Positions 38,526 to 47,793 of a stretch of DNA of 64,000 nt are shown piece after piece. The position numbers and the translations under genes were made by a program. The stretch lies in the IMG/VR virus record IMGVR_UViG_2739367660_000007; one strand, written 5' to 3'. The notes under the pieces were generated by a model, which searched no databases, was not told the DNA's origin, and saw only the letters and a program-made list of their open reading frames with translations. How positions within the stretch are numbered: position 1 is the stretch's first letter; every line of letters begins with the position of its first letter. The stretch is from an uncultured virus (IMG/VR IMGVR_UViG_2739367660_000007) (Duplodnaviria; Heunggongvirae; Uroviricota; Caudoviricetes).

Positions 38526-39158
38526 TCATGCGTCACCCCCGATAGCGCGGAGGGCTACGTTGAGAGAGACCAGCGCGTTGCAAAACTTCCACGATCCCGG
38601 CCTATCAGATGCCTCATAAACTTCCGCAGCTTTCTCGATCAGCGCGGCGATTTCCGGCACCCGCGCCGCGTCCTGTGCTGTCAACGCCACCGGCTCCACC
38701 GCAGGCGCAGGCGTCAGGTCAAGCGCGGCGAGGATACGCGAGATGAAGTCCTGCAATCTGTCGATACCAGTGGAAAAATCTTCGTGCAGCGGAAGATCAT
38801 CCAGCCAAGATTTCCACTCATCGGCCTCTTGGCCGCATGTCCTCATGAAACCACAATGCTCTGGATCGGAGCAATGGACCATGCCAACAGACCGACACGG
38901 ATTGCACCACCACGCAGTCCGCACCTGTGCCGCTGTCACCAAATCCGGTTGATGACAGTCAGGGGCCGCGCGGCTGGCGGCAAGGGCGGCGCGGGCAAGT
39001 GAAAGCCATCTGGCGCGCTCATCGTCGCTTGCCTCAGCGAACATATCGGCAGTCCTATTGCGCCTGACATTCGGCGCGGCGCGGTCAGCATCAGCTTTCC
39101 ACATGGCAAATGCTACACGATCTTCCAGCGCCGTGATGCGGTCATTCATTGTGGTCAT
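38526..39158 (-). CDS. Hypothetical mosaic protein
   Basis: Part of a coupled leftward operon; Cys/His cluster. Confidence 0.55.
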   Translation of the reverse strand: MTTMNDRITALEDRVAFAMWKADADRAAPNVRRNRTADMFAEASDDERARWLSLARAALAASRAAPDCHQPDLVTAAQVRTAWWCNPCRSVGMVHCSDPEHCGFMRTCGQEADEWKSWLDDLPLHEDFSTGIDRLQDFISRILAALDLTPAPAVEPVALTAQDAARVPEIAALIEKAAEVYEASDRPGSWKFCNALVSLNVALRAIGGDA

Positions 39159-39302
39159 GTGGTTTTCTTTCCATCTTCACATCCATTGCGTCGAGGATTT
39201 GTTTTGCCCACAAGCCGACGTCGGCTGTTGAAAATTTCCAGCCAGTCTTGATCAGCATGCGCTCTGCGATTTTCAGGGCTACGGCCTTGTGTTCGTTGCC
39301 CA

Positions 39303-40010
39303 TCACTTCCCCTCCGGCTCGATCATGGCGAGGATGGCGTCGTAGAAATCACCGAAGTAATCCCATCCACCCAATCCGGGGCCTCCGCCATTTTCATACA
39401 GCTTGGCCACCTCCCTGCGCACCTTGTTCCGCTCGGCCCGCAGTCTGGCATTCATCGCGGCGGTGGCGGCGGCTGTGGGCATGGCGCGGATGAGACCTGC
39501 TGCTTGGTTTAAAGCCCATCCCTCCGACCCGTCTATCAACGTGTCATTCTCTATAGTATCAGCGTAGTCGTCGCACTTTTCCGCCGCCGCCTCATACGCC
39601 GCAGTCACCAGCGCATCCTGACCTGCGCGCAGGGCGGTGAGTTCGGCGGTCAGGCGCGCAATGTCATGCCGCATCGCCACGTTCTCGACCAACGCCTTGC
39701 GCTCTGCGTCATAGGTGGAAAGCAGCGCTTGCTCGCGAGCCTCTGCCGCATCACGCGCGACCTGAAGCTGCTGCACATTCGGCAGCAAGGAATCGAGAAC
39801 GGCAAATATCGCCCGCAACTCCCCGAGCGGAACCAGCACCGTGATCTGGTCATCCATGATCTGCCGCATTTCCACCCGGTTGCGGAGATTGGCGACCCGG
39901 TCGCCTTCATCCGGCAACGGTGGATATTGGCGCGCGAGTTCCTCCGCAGTGCCCTGGACGGACACATAAGGGCTCAGGTGAATGGTTTGCATGCGGGATT
40001 TGTCAGACAT
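39303..40010 (-). CDS. Hypothetical coiled-coil protein
   Basis: RBS GAGGA; leftward operon. Confidence 0.6.
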   Translation of the reverse strand: MSDKSRMQTIHLSPYVSVQGTAEELARQYPPLPDEGDRVANLRNRVEMRQIMDDQITVLVPLGELRAIFAVLDSLLPNVQQLQVARDAAEAREQALLSTYDAERKALVENVAMRHDIARLTAELTALRAGQDALVTAAYEAAAEKCDDYADTIENDTLIDGSEGWALNQAAGLIRAMPTAAATAAMNARLRAERNKVRREVAKLYENGGGPGLGGWDYFGDFYDAILAMIEPEGK

Positions 40011-40866
40011 GGCTGTCCTCGCGGGCTACTTGGGCTGGTCGAGTTCGGTTTGCAGAAGGATCACGCGAGCACTGTTGCTGACCACCGCGCAGCCAGATCC
40101 GCGCTCGTGCAGGACGCGGGAAACCTTGCCGACTGCTTCAGCGGAAGCCTGATTGCGGATCTGCTCTGCGGTGCATCCGTCGGCCCAAGGGCCGAGGTCT
40201 TTCACCTCGACCGTGATTGTGACTGTTGCCTTCGTTTTCATGGTTGCCTCGCTGGTTATCTGGCCCTCTGGATTCCGCCCGGCGCGCGGACGGTCACCGG
40301 AATGTCAGGCAGCTCGACCCTTCGCCTTCTCACGAGCAGCAGCGCGGCGAATTTGACGGGTTTCGCGCAGGATCACGGCAGGCTTCCGCGCGGCACGAAC
40401 CTGCATCCGATGCTGGCGGCCGAAGCCTGCCGGTGTCGGGATGCGAGCAATTTCGGCTTCACCGATGCTTTCGACCAGTGGCTTGATGAAGTAGGCGAGC
40501 AAAGAATCGAACACGGAATCTCTCCTTGGTTGGCTTTGTATTTTTGCGTGATTCTGAAAAGAGACCCCGGCCCCTTTTCCGATGCGCGGATCGGTACTTC
40601 TTGCCGCCTCCTACTTGGATTCCTACGAAAGGTGCACCTGACCTCCCCAGTCGATCAGACCAAGTGCCAATCTGACCTCACGGCGCGCGTGCGCCTTTCC
40701 GATGCGGTAAGCTCGGTTTATGGCGGCGGCGATCTCGTCCGCCTCCATCTTGCTGTTCGCCTTGATCCACTGCCCGCCCGATTCGATGACAAAACTGCCA
40801 ATCTCAGGTTGGTGGACGCTTGCGATTTCGTTGGACATTTCCTTGCCCCTTTTTTCGATGCGCAGA

Positions 40867-41271
40867 TCAGTATTTCTTGCCGCCCTCGGCTACCCGGTTC
40901 TGCAACTTGTGATCGGCGCGCTGCCGATTGTAGCGGTTCTTCTCGATCAGGGCGCCGGCAACATCGAGATTGAGAGCGGCGGCGGTGTCGAGGATACGCA
41001 GGATGCAGTCGGCAAACTCGACTTCGCGGCCATCGCGCCAATGCAGCTTGTCGTCCTTCGATCCCTTGCGGTCAGCTTCCAGAGCCTCGCTGAGTTCCGA
41101 ATGCATCAAGGCGACAACTTCTCCGAAATTGCGCTCCACCTTCTCCCCGGTGGCAGGATCCGTGTACCATCCGGCATTCTTCGCCGTCTCGTGAGCGAGT
41201 TGCTGAAGCGCCTCGATGCCATTGTGAGCTTCGTTTTCGAGATGCGACATTTTCGGCGGGAAACGTGTCAT
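40867..41271 (-). CDS. MazG-like NTP pyrophosphohydrolase
   Basis: ALMHSELSEALEADRK...EVEFADCILRILD...EKNRYN. Confidence 0.82.
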   Translation of the reverse strand: MTRFPPKMSHLENEAHNGIEALQQLAHETAKNAGWYTDPATGEKVERNFGEVVALMHSELSEALEADRKGSKDDKLHWRDGREVEFADCILRILDTAAALNLDVAGALIEKNRYNRQRADHKLQNRVAEGGKKY

Positions 41272-41519
41272 GCTGTGATGTCCTTTGTTGATGAAGGTGA
41301 AGTGCAGTTCAGCGACCGATCACGTCTGCACCTCTGTCTCTTTCGGGACAAGGAACTCGCGCAGACTGTCGAGATCGAACATGTGCATTTCCTGCGGCAC
41401 CTCGATCACGTTGCGAATGGTCTGCCGGGTGCCGGACTCGCTCTTCGCAGTCGGCCGGTCAGGCGAGGTGCGAGGCTGCCAGCGCCCGTAGATGTCTTTC
41501 TTTTCGTAATAGAACATGC

Positions 41520-41714
41520 TCATTCCTCGTTCCAAACGTCCTTGGCGACGGAAAGCGGAACTTCCGCTGTGGTGATCGAACGCAGACAGCTCCTGCACTG
41601 CTTGCGCCGCACGACGCACATGACGCCGTGAATGCTGCGCGGTCTCGATTCCAGCGTGGAAAATTTCTCGTGACCACATGCGCAAACTGCGGTGTGATTG
41701 TGGGCCTCGTTCAT
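41520..41714 (-). CDS. NrdR-type zinc-ribbon protein
   Basis: CACG...STLESR...VRRKQCRSC...TTAEV; no ATP cone. Confidence 0.65.
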   Translation of the reverse strand: MNEAHNHTAVCACGHEKFSTLESRPRSIHGVMCVVRRKQCRSCLRSITTAEVPLSVAKDVWNEE

Positions 41715-41970
41715 CTTTTTCCCCGAGGTATCGTTTTCTCTGAGATGCAATTCTCAGGTGATTCTGCGCGCAAAGTCAAGTTTAATGTGATTTTCTCCGG
41801 GGGCTGATTTTCTCCGGGGTCCAGTCGGATGTGCTCGGCCTGATCGCATCGGATAAATCTGAATCCAGAAGGATTGAGATGGTGCCAGGGGCGAGAGGGG
41901 CTGCAGGTAGGTTGCGATGAGGCCCCAGGGCGTTATCGGGGAGGCGACGGGGCAGGAAGATTGTCACCGA

Positions 41971-42000
41971 TTGACACAACTTCAAAATCACGTTCAAATT
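41971..42000 (+). promoter_or_regulatory. Putative sigma70 promoter of the rightward early block
   Basis: TTGACA-17/18 bp-(T)CAAAT(T); CAAAATCACG motif in the spacer. Confidence 0.55.
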
Positions 42001-42043
42001 GAGTTACAAGCCGAATCGAGGCGTTTACACAAAGGGGTTGACC

Positions 42044-42457
42044 ATGATTGACGATCAACTGAAGCGGGCTTTCCGGTGGCATATGCAGGAAGCGCGCGAC
42101 CGGGAACAGAAGATCCAGCGGGGGCAGATTGCGGAATTTCCCGCCAAAGTGCAGCGTGACCGCGACGCCCTGATGCGCGGCAAAGCCGCCCGCGCATTGA
42201 ATGATGCCCGCAACGATGTTGCCCAAGGTGTGAACCGCTATCCGGTCCCCCATGTGCCTTTCGGCGCCCGTGGCGGATACCGCGAAGATGCCGACGGGCT
42301 GCGCTATGTGCCTTTCGGCGCCCGTGGCGGATGGCGCGAAGAGGCCGACGGGCTGCGCTATGTTGGTCGTGTGAGTCCTGAGTTTCGCCGCGGTCCCTTC
42401 GGAGGGCGGGAATCCGAGGGCTGGCTGAATATTCCACTGGGTCCGACTGGACTCTGA
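42044..42457 (+). CDS. Hypothetical protein with a 54 bp internal duplication
   Basis: VPFGARGGxREdADGLRY twice (42252-42363). Confidence 0.55.
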   Translation: MIDDQLKRAFRWHMQEARDREQKIQRGQIAEFPAKVQRDRDALMRGKAARALNDARNDVAQGVNRYPVPHVPFGARGGYREDADGLRYVPFGARGGWREEADGLRYVGRVSPEFRRGPFGGRESEGWLNIPLGPTGL

Positions 42458-43004
42458 GCTTCGATGCGGTGGAGGTTTGGACCAAGGCGGGCCGGGCCGA
42501 GTGTTCGGTGGATATTTCGCCCCGCTTCGCGCACCTGTATTTCCGGTTTGCCGATCCTGACCGGGCGAAACCGTTCGATGCGCTCAATTTTCGCCTCAAT
42601 CCTTGTTCCGGCAAATGGAACAACTTCGCCACCGCCGACGGTTGGCTGAAGGGCGGTAAACTGCACCCGGCAACTGCGCTTTCGGTCTTCATTGCCGAAT
42701 GCCGCCGCGATTTCCGCAAGGTCGCAGAACCGAACCCGGATCCGGTCGAGGTTGCGGCCTATCGGGAAGCCGAGGCCGCCCGCGCCGCGCAGTGGGCGCA
42801 ATATGTGGCCGAGATGCAAGCCGCGCCGCCCGTCTGAATTTCGACCCCCGCCCCTTTTCCCATGGAGTCCAAAATGCACCCCGAAGACCTGACCCCGAAA
42901 CAACGCCGCACCGCCGCGCGCCACTGGCAACGCCTGCAGGTGACGTTGCCGGGCATGGGCACCGGGCGCATTTCGACCCGAAACCCGATCAAGGAGTCGC
43001 TGCA

Positions 43005-43184
43005 ATGATGAACCCCTGCGAAGCTGCCCACATTGTCACGATGCTGGATGAACCCGAACTGCTGTTGAACCCCGGCGAAGTGGCGCCGACCTATTCGCCC
43101 GAAGTCGAAGCCGAGGCGCGCAGGATCTGCGCCGAGGAATACAACAACTGGTTTTCCGAAACCTACGGCCAGTTGCCGAACTGA
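43005..43184 (+). CDS. Small acidic hypothetical protein
   Basis: RBS AAGGAG; 59 aa. Confidence 0.6.
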   Translation: MMNPCEAAHIVTMLDEPELLLNPGEVAPTYSPEVEAEARRICAEEYNNWFSETYGQLPN

Positions 43185-43196
43185 AAGGGTGCCGTC

Positions 43197-43397
43197 ATGT
43201 GCGAGCTGCAATTCTGGAAGACCGAAGCCGAAGTTCTGGACTACATCCGCAGCGAATTTCTCGCTACGCTGAATGACGATCTGGAGCGCATGGAAGGGGC
43301 CGAGCGGCAACACTATGAGGATGAGGACCGCGAAGAGATGCGCGCCCGGATTGCCGATCTGGAATCCATCATGCCGCGGCTGACGGTGACGCCGTGA
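43197..43397 (+). CDS. Small acidic hypothetical protein
   Basis: Overlaps the ATPase start (GTGA). Confidence 0.65.
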   Translation: MCELQFWKTEAEVLDYIRSEFLATLNDDLERMEGAERQHYEDEDREEMRARIADLESIMPRLTVTP

Positions 43398-44584
43398 ACG
43401 GAATCCAACTGGCCCAGGGCGTCACTCTGCCGCTTTCCCATGCCTGCAAACATGCCCTTATCACTGGCGCAACGGGGACCGGCAAAAGCACAACCGCGGG
43501 CGCCATGGTGGAAGGGCTGTCAGCCGCAGGCGTTCCGGTGCTGGTATTCGACGCGAAAGGCGACCTTGAGTCGCTGGGGGCGCGCGTCTGGTGCCCATTC
43601 GGCCAGCGCGGCGCGCATCGTGCAATCAATCTCGGGGCAGCTGGTGCCGATCTGGTGGCCCGCGCCCTGGACCTGAGCCCGGCGCAATCCGGTGCCGTGG
43701 AAATTGTCGCGGCCTATGCCGAAGATAAAGGCTATGCTTTGGCCTGTCTCGACGATCTGCAAGCCGGGTTGCGAATCTGCACCGAACAGCGCGCCGCCGT
43801 ATCCGCTCAATATGGCCTGTTTTCCCCTGCCAGCGCTGCCGCGGTTTCGCGTGCCATTCTGCCCCTGCGCCGCGCTATCGGTGACGCTTTCGGGTTGCCC
43901 GGTCTCGACCCTTTCGAAGCGGCTTCGGCGGGCGGGGTGACTGTTTACAGTTGCGGGCGTCTGGCACAGTATCCGGGCGCCTATGCTGCCGCCGTGACCG
44001 CCTGCCTTTTGACGCTTTATCGTGATGCGGCCGAGCTGGGGCAGGTTGACCGCCCCGCGTTGGCGGTTCTGGTGGATGAAGCGCATTTGATATTTGACGG
44101 CGCGACTCCGGCGCTGGTGCGAAAGCTGGAACAGGTCGCTCGCCTGGTGCGGTCCCGTGGCGTGATGCTGATTTTCGCCACGCAATCGCCCGCCGATCTG
44201 CCGCCCGTCATTTCTGCCCAGTTGATCACGCGAATCCAGCACGGACTCCGCGCCACCACGCCGGGCCAAGTCGCAGCGGTGCGGGCGGCAGCTATGGGGC
44301 TGCCGAGTGCAGGCGGCCGTGATCTGAGCGGCGAGATTCTGGCACTCGGGGTAGGGGAGGCGCTTTGCAGCGTGCCAGATATGCGAGGGCGACCGGGTGC
44401 CGCGGTGCGGGCGAAGATGCGCCGGGGCCGGATCGAACTTCGCCCGATCGAGGTGGCGCGGCCCGCCACTGTGCCGGTGGTCAAAGCGTTTCGGCCGGAT
44501 CCGCCAGGCCCGTTGCCGGTGAAAGAGGATCGGGGATTGTGGCGCTTGCTCAATCCGATTGCGCGGCTTTTCGTGCGAATTTGA
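43394..44584 (+). CDS. HerA/FtsK-superfamily ATPase (DUF853/YjgR-like)
   Basis: HALITGATGTGKS, GVPVLVFDAKGDL, VLVDEAHLIF, VRSRGV..IFATQSPADLP and RIQHGLRA. Confidence 0.88.
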   Translation: MNGIQLAQGVTLPLSHACKHALITGATGTGKSTTAGAMVEGLSAAGVPVLVFDAKGDLESLGARVWCPFGQRGAHRAINLGAAGADLVARALDLSPAQSGAVEIVAAYAEDKGYALACLDDLQAGLRICTEQRAAVSAQYGLFSPASAAAVSRAILPLRRAIGDAFGLPGLDPFEAASAGGVTVYSCGRLAQYPGAYAAAVTACLLTLYRDAAELGQVDRPALAVLVDEAHLIFDGATPALVRKLEQVARLVRSRGVMLIFATQSPADLPPVISAQLITRIQHGLRATTPGQVAAVRAAAMGLPSAGGRDLSGEILALGVGEALCSVPDMRGRPGAAVRAKMRRGRIELRPIEVARPATVPVVKAFRPDPPGPLPVKEDRGLWRLLNPIARLFVRI

Positions 44585-44618
44585 ATTTCTCCGACCTGTG
44601 ACTCTTTTTCTCTGGCCT

Positions 44619-44650
44619 GCCCCGGGTGACCGCGGCGGGCTTTTCGTTTT
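44619..44650 (+). terminator. Putative intrinsic terminator
   Basis: GCCCG...CGGGC followed by TTTTCGTTTT. Confidence 0.55.
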
Positions 44651-44680
44651 CTCTGGCCTGAATTTCTCTGGCCCAGGTGC

Positions 44681-45610
44681 AGCCGATCACCGGATCGGGC
44701 AGCCGATCACCAGGTCGGGCAGCCGATCACCAGGTCGGGCAGCCGATCACCAGGTCGGGCAGCCGGTCACCAGATCGGGAAGCCGATCACCAGATCGGGA
44801 AGCCGATCACCAGATCGGGAAGCCGATCACCAGATCGGGCAGCCGATCACCAGGTCGGGCAGCCGATCACCAGGTCGGGCAGCCGATCACCAGATCGGGC
44901 AGCCGATCACCAGATCGGGCAGCCGATCACCAGGTCGGGCAGCCGATCACCAGATCGGGAAGCCGATCACCAGATCGGGCAGCCGATCACCAGGTCGGGC
45001 AGCCGATCACCAGATCGGGAAGCCGATCACCAGATCGGGCAGCCGATCACCAGGTCGGGCAGCCGATCACCAGATCGGGAAGCCGATCACCAGATCGGGA
45101 AGCCGATCACCAGATCGGGAAGCCGATCACCAGATCGGGCAGCCGATCACCAGATCGGGCAGCCGATCACCAGATCGGGAAGCCGATCACCAGATCGGGC
45201 AGCCGATCACCAGGTCGGGCAGCCGATCACCAGATCGGGAAGCCGATCACCAGATCGGGAAGCCGATCACCAGATCGGGAAGCCGATCACCAGATCGGGC
45301 AGCCGATCACCAGATCGGGAAGCCGATCACCAGATCGGGAAGCCGATCACCAGATCGGGAAGCCGATCACCAGATCGGGAAGCCGATCACCAGATCGGGA
45401 AGCCGATCACCAGATCGGGAAGCCGATCACCAGATCGGGAAGCCGATCACCAGATCGGGAAGCCGATCACCAGATCGGGAAGCCGGTCACCAGATCGGAA
45501 AGCCGGTCACCGGAGCGGGCAGCCGATCACCGGATCGGGCAGCCGGTCACCGGATCGGGCAGCCGGTCACCGGAGCGGGCAGCCGGTCACCGGAGCGGGC
45601 AGCCGGTCAC
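44681..45610. repeat. 20 bp tandem repeat array, 46.5 copies
   Basis: Unit AGCCGATCACCAG(A/G)TCGGG(A/C), in perfect register. Confidence 0.98.
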
Positions 45611-45826
45611 GCAAAGTCACGTTTAACTTGACATTCAACCCGAATCGCCGCTTTCTTGTTGTCAGACAGAGACACAAGCCGGGATGACCGGCGGAAAGGC
45701 TGACAATGGGAATCGCTCAATACCTGCTGACCTGTGCCGCGCGTTGTGAAGCGCGGGGGATGATCTGCAAAGCTGCCGAATATAGGTCGCTTGCAGCAAA
45801 ATTCGAGATGATGGAGGGTTGAAGTA

Positions 45827-46120
45827 ATGAAAGAAATTATCAACATGCCCGGATATATGGGCAAGCCGTGGCAAGTCACCGGATACGCTAAATCCGGGCT
45901 GATTGTTCACAAGATGGGTGAAACATGGGTTGTTTCCCATATCGTGACCGGATGCCGCATCGGACCCGGAACAAGACTCAAGCGCGATGCAATCGCTAAA
46001 CGCGATAGCCTTCTCGGGCTGATAGACGACTGGACGGCGGAAAGCGTTGAGGCACTCGGAAAACAATATCCTGAGGGAACCCGCGCTTTTACCGATGCTG
46101 TCCGCTCAATCGCGTACTGA
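45827..46120 (+). CDS. Hypothetical early protein
   Basis: RBS GGAGG; downstream of TTGACA at 45628. Confidence 0.6.
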   Translation: MKEIINMPGYMGKPWQVTGYAKSGLIVHKMGETWVVSHIVTGCRIGPGTRLKRDAIAKRDSLLGLIDDWTAESVEALGKQYPEGTRAFTDAVRSIAY

Positions 46121-46131
46121 GGGACAGAACA

Positions 46132-46350
46132 ATGGCTAAAGATGAATTGACCATTTGGCGCCTGACTTGGAGTCACGCCACCGGAGTTTATTGGCTTGGC
46201 ATGCGGATCTGTCAGGCCAGCGACGCGGAATCTTGGTTGGATATTTTCCGCAAAAACGAAAGCGGCGTTACTTTTGAAGCAAGCCGAAAGAAACCCGCTT
46301 TACCTGACAATGCGCGCCAAATGGCGCGCCATGTCGCAATGTTTCGCTGA
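46132..46350 (+). CDS. Hypothetical early protein
   Basis: RBS GAGGGA. Confidence 0.6.
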   Translation: MAKDELTIWRLTWSHATGVYWLGMRICQASDAESWLDIFRKNESGVTFEASRKKPALPDNARQMARHVAMFR

Positions 46351-46362
46351 TAGGGGGATGGG

Positions 46363-46773
46363 ATGAAAACTAGCGTCACAAATAAATTCACGACTGGCCA
46401 TTATGGCTTGCGCGATACTTTCGACATACCAGAGGGGACTCCGGTCATCTTCGGCGCGCCGGATTGTGAGGGGAAGCCTTTCCCCCATTGGACTCTTTCG
46501 GTTGAAACGGCCGCACAGCTTTCCGGGAATCTGCATGACTCCGCGCATCGCTTTGTCGTCGTGCATCCCGATCACGTCACGCCGGCTGACGGTGACGGAT
46601 ACGCTGCACAATTGGCTTATAGCCGGTCACAGCTGCCAACGCTGGCCGAAGTCAGATCCAAGGCGCGACGCGAAAAGAGGGAAATTGTCGAACGCGTGCT
46701 AATGGCAAATGACTCCGTTGCATGCATCAAAGCCGGGCCGCGCGGTGGCCTGAAAATTCTTGGCCGGTTCTGA
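46363..46773 (+). CDS. Hypothetical early protein
   Basis: Purine-rich RBS; operon context. Confidence 0.6.
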   Translation: MKTSVTNKFTTGHYGLRDTFDIPEGTPVIFGAPDCEGKPFPHWTLSVETAAQLSGNLHDSAHRFVVVHPDHVTPADGDGYAAQLAYSRSQLPTLAEVRSKARREKREIVERVLMANDSVACIKAGPRGGLKILGRF

Positions 46774-46785
46774 GGAGTCCATACC

Positions 46786-46977
46786 ATGAAACCCGACAAC
46801 TGGGGCGAAGGCTACCAAGCCGGACTCACTGGCCTGACCTATGACGACAACCCGCACAAGGCGGAACCGGCCGGAATGGCATGGGCTTTCGGATGCGGCG
46901 AAGGCATGAAGGAACGGAACCGGCTGGCGTTTGCCGCTATCATGTCAGCGCTGCAGGAACAGGCGAAGCCGGAATGA
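46786..46977 (+). CDS. Rmf/CrpP-like small protein
   Basis: EGYQAGLTG....NPH......AW..G..EG pattern; RBS GAGGAG. Confidence 0.5.
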   Translation: MKPDNWGEGYQAGLTGLTYDDNPHKAEPAGMAWAFGCGEGMKERNRLAFAAIMSALQEQAKPE

Positions 46978-47301
46978 CCGCCGTCAGCTACACGGCCGCC
47001 CATATCGGCCGCGACGGCGCGACGCTGAGCAGCTCAGGAAGCCGGTTCACATGCAGCGCGGCGTTGCGCAGCTGGATCCGTAACCAGTGCCAGATTGCGG
47101 GTTTTCCTGCAAATGCCAGGCGCCAAGTCTGCACGCTGACCCTGTGGCGCAACATTCGGGCAGGGCACGCGGAGTCTTTCACAATCCGAAACTACCAGCC
47201 CGGTCGCGTTAGCGCGATCCACTTCACCGGAGTCCGTCACTCTTGACGTGCAGGCGGAACACCTAGAGCCTTTACCAGGGCTAGAGACCTAAGGGGGAAA
47301 A

Positions 47302-47547
47302 ATGTCTTCACTCAAAAAATTCAACGTAACTCTCGACGGCGTTACGCTTGGTCAGGTTAATGCCATGTATTCGCATCCCGCCTGGCCTGACTACGCCGCG
47401 GCGGTTCACATGATCCCTGCGCGCAAGAGGCAAATGTATAGCCGCCGCATTCCGACGTATGACGGCCGCCTGAGTCTGACAATCCAGATGACCAACAGCC
47501 GCGGCAAAATTTCCGGGCAGGTGAAATTTGTGCCTGTTGAAGAGTAA
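47302..47547 (+). CDS. Hypothetical protein next to the mini-CRISPR
   Basis: RBS AAGGGGG; 81 aa. Confidence 0.6.
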   Translation: MSSLKKFNVTLDGVTLGQVNAMYSHPAWPDYAAAVHMIPARKRQMYSRRIPTYDGRLSLTIQMTNSRGKISGQVKFVPVEE

Positions 47548-47570
47548 AGCGGCCGCCCACAATGAAGGGG

Positions 47571-47660
47571 CGGCCTATCCCCGCGTGGGCGGGGAACGCA
47601 TATCTCCCTCACAAGAGGAACCCCGATAGTGAGGGTCATCCCCGCGTGAGCGGGGAACAT
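47571..47660 (-). CRISPR. Type I-E-like mini-CRISPR array: 2 repeats, 1 spacer
   Basis: 29 bp repeats at 47571-47599 and 47632-47660 (minus strand GCGTTCCCCGCCCACGCGGGGATAGGCCG and ATGTTCCCCGCTCACGCGGGGATGACCCT), 32 bp spacer, 61 bp period. Confidence 0.9.
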
Positions 47661-47664
47661 CAAC

Positions 47665-47692
47665 AGGATACATAATGGCGACATATCGTCAA
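47665..47692 (-). promoter_or_regulatory. Putative promoter of the mini-CRISPR
   Basis: TTGACG-16 bp-TATCCT, 4 bp before the first repeat, with AT-rich upstream sequence. Confidence 0.55.
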
Positions 47693-47721
47693 CAGAAATA
47701 CAAATAACATCACCAGCATAG

Positions 47722-47747
47722 GGCGCCGCAAGGCGCCTTTATCTTTT
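47722..47747 (+). terminator. Intrinsic terminator
   Basis: GGCGCC-GCAA-GGCGCC followed by TTTATCTTTT. Confidence 0.7.
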
Positions 47748-47793
47748 GACCTGTGACCGGCCGCCCTGTGATCTGGGGCGGCCGTTTGCATTT

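Noticed and set aside
44681..45610. 20-mer array as a CRISPR or guide-RNA array
   Set aside because: No variable spacers; units differ at only 1-3 positions
44559..45687. Long ORFs (355 and 336 aa) across the 20-mer array
   Set aside because: The unit has no + strand stop codon, so all frames are open by default; starts are weak and a terminator lies just upstream
47232..47262. Third degenerate CRISPR repeat (CGTGCAGGCGGAACAC)
   Set aside because: Lacks the CCCCGC/GCGGGG stem and is out of the 61 bp register
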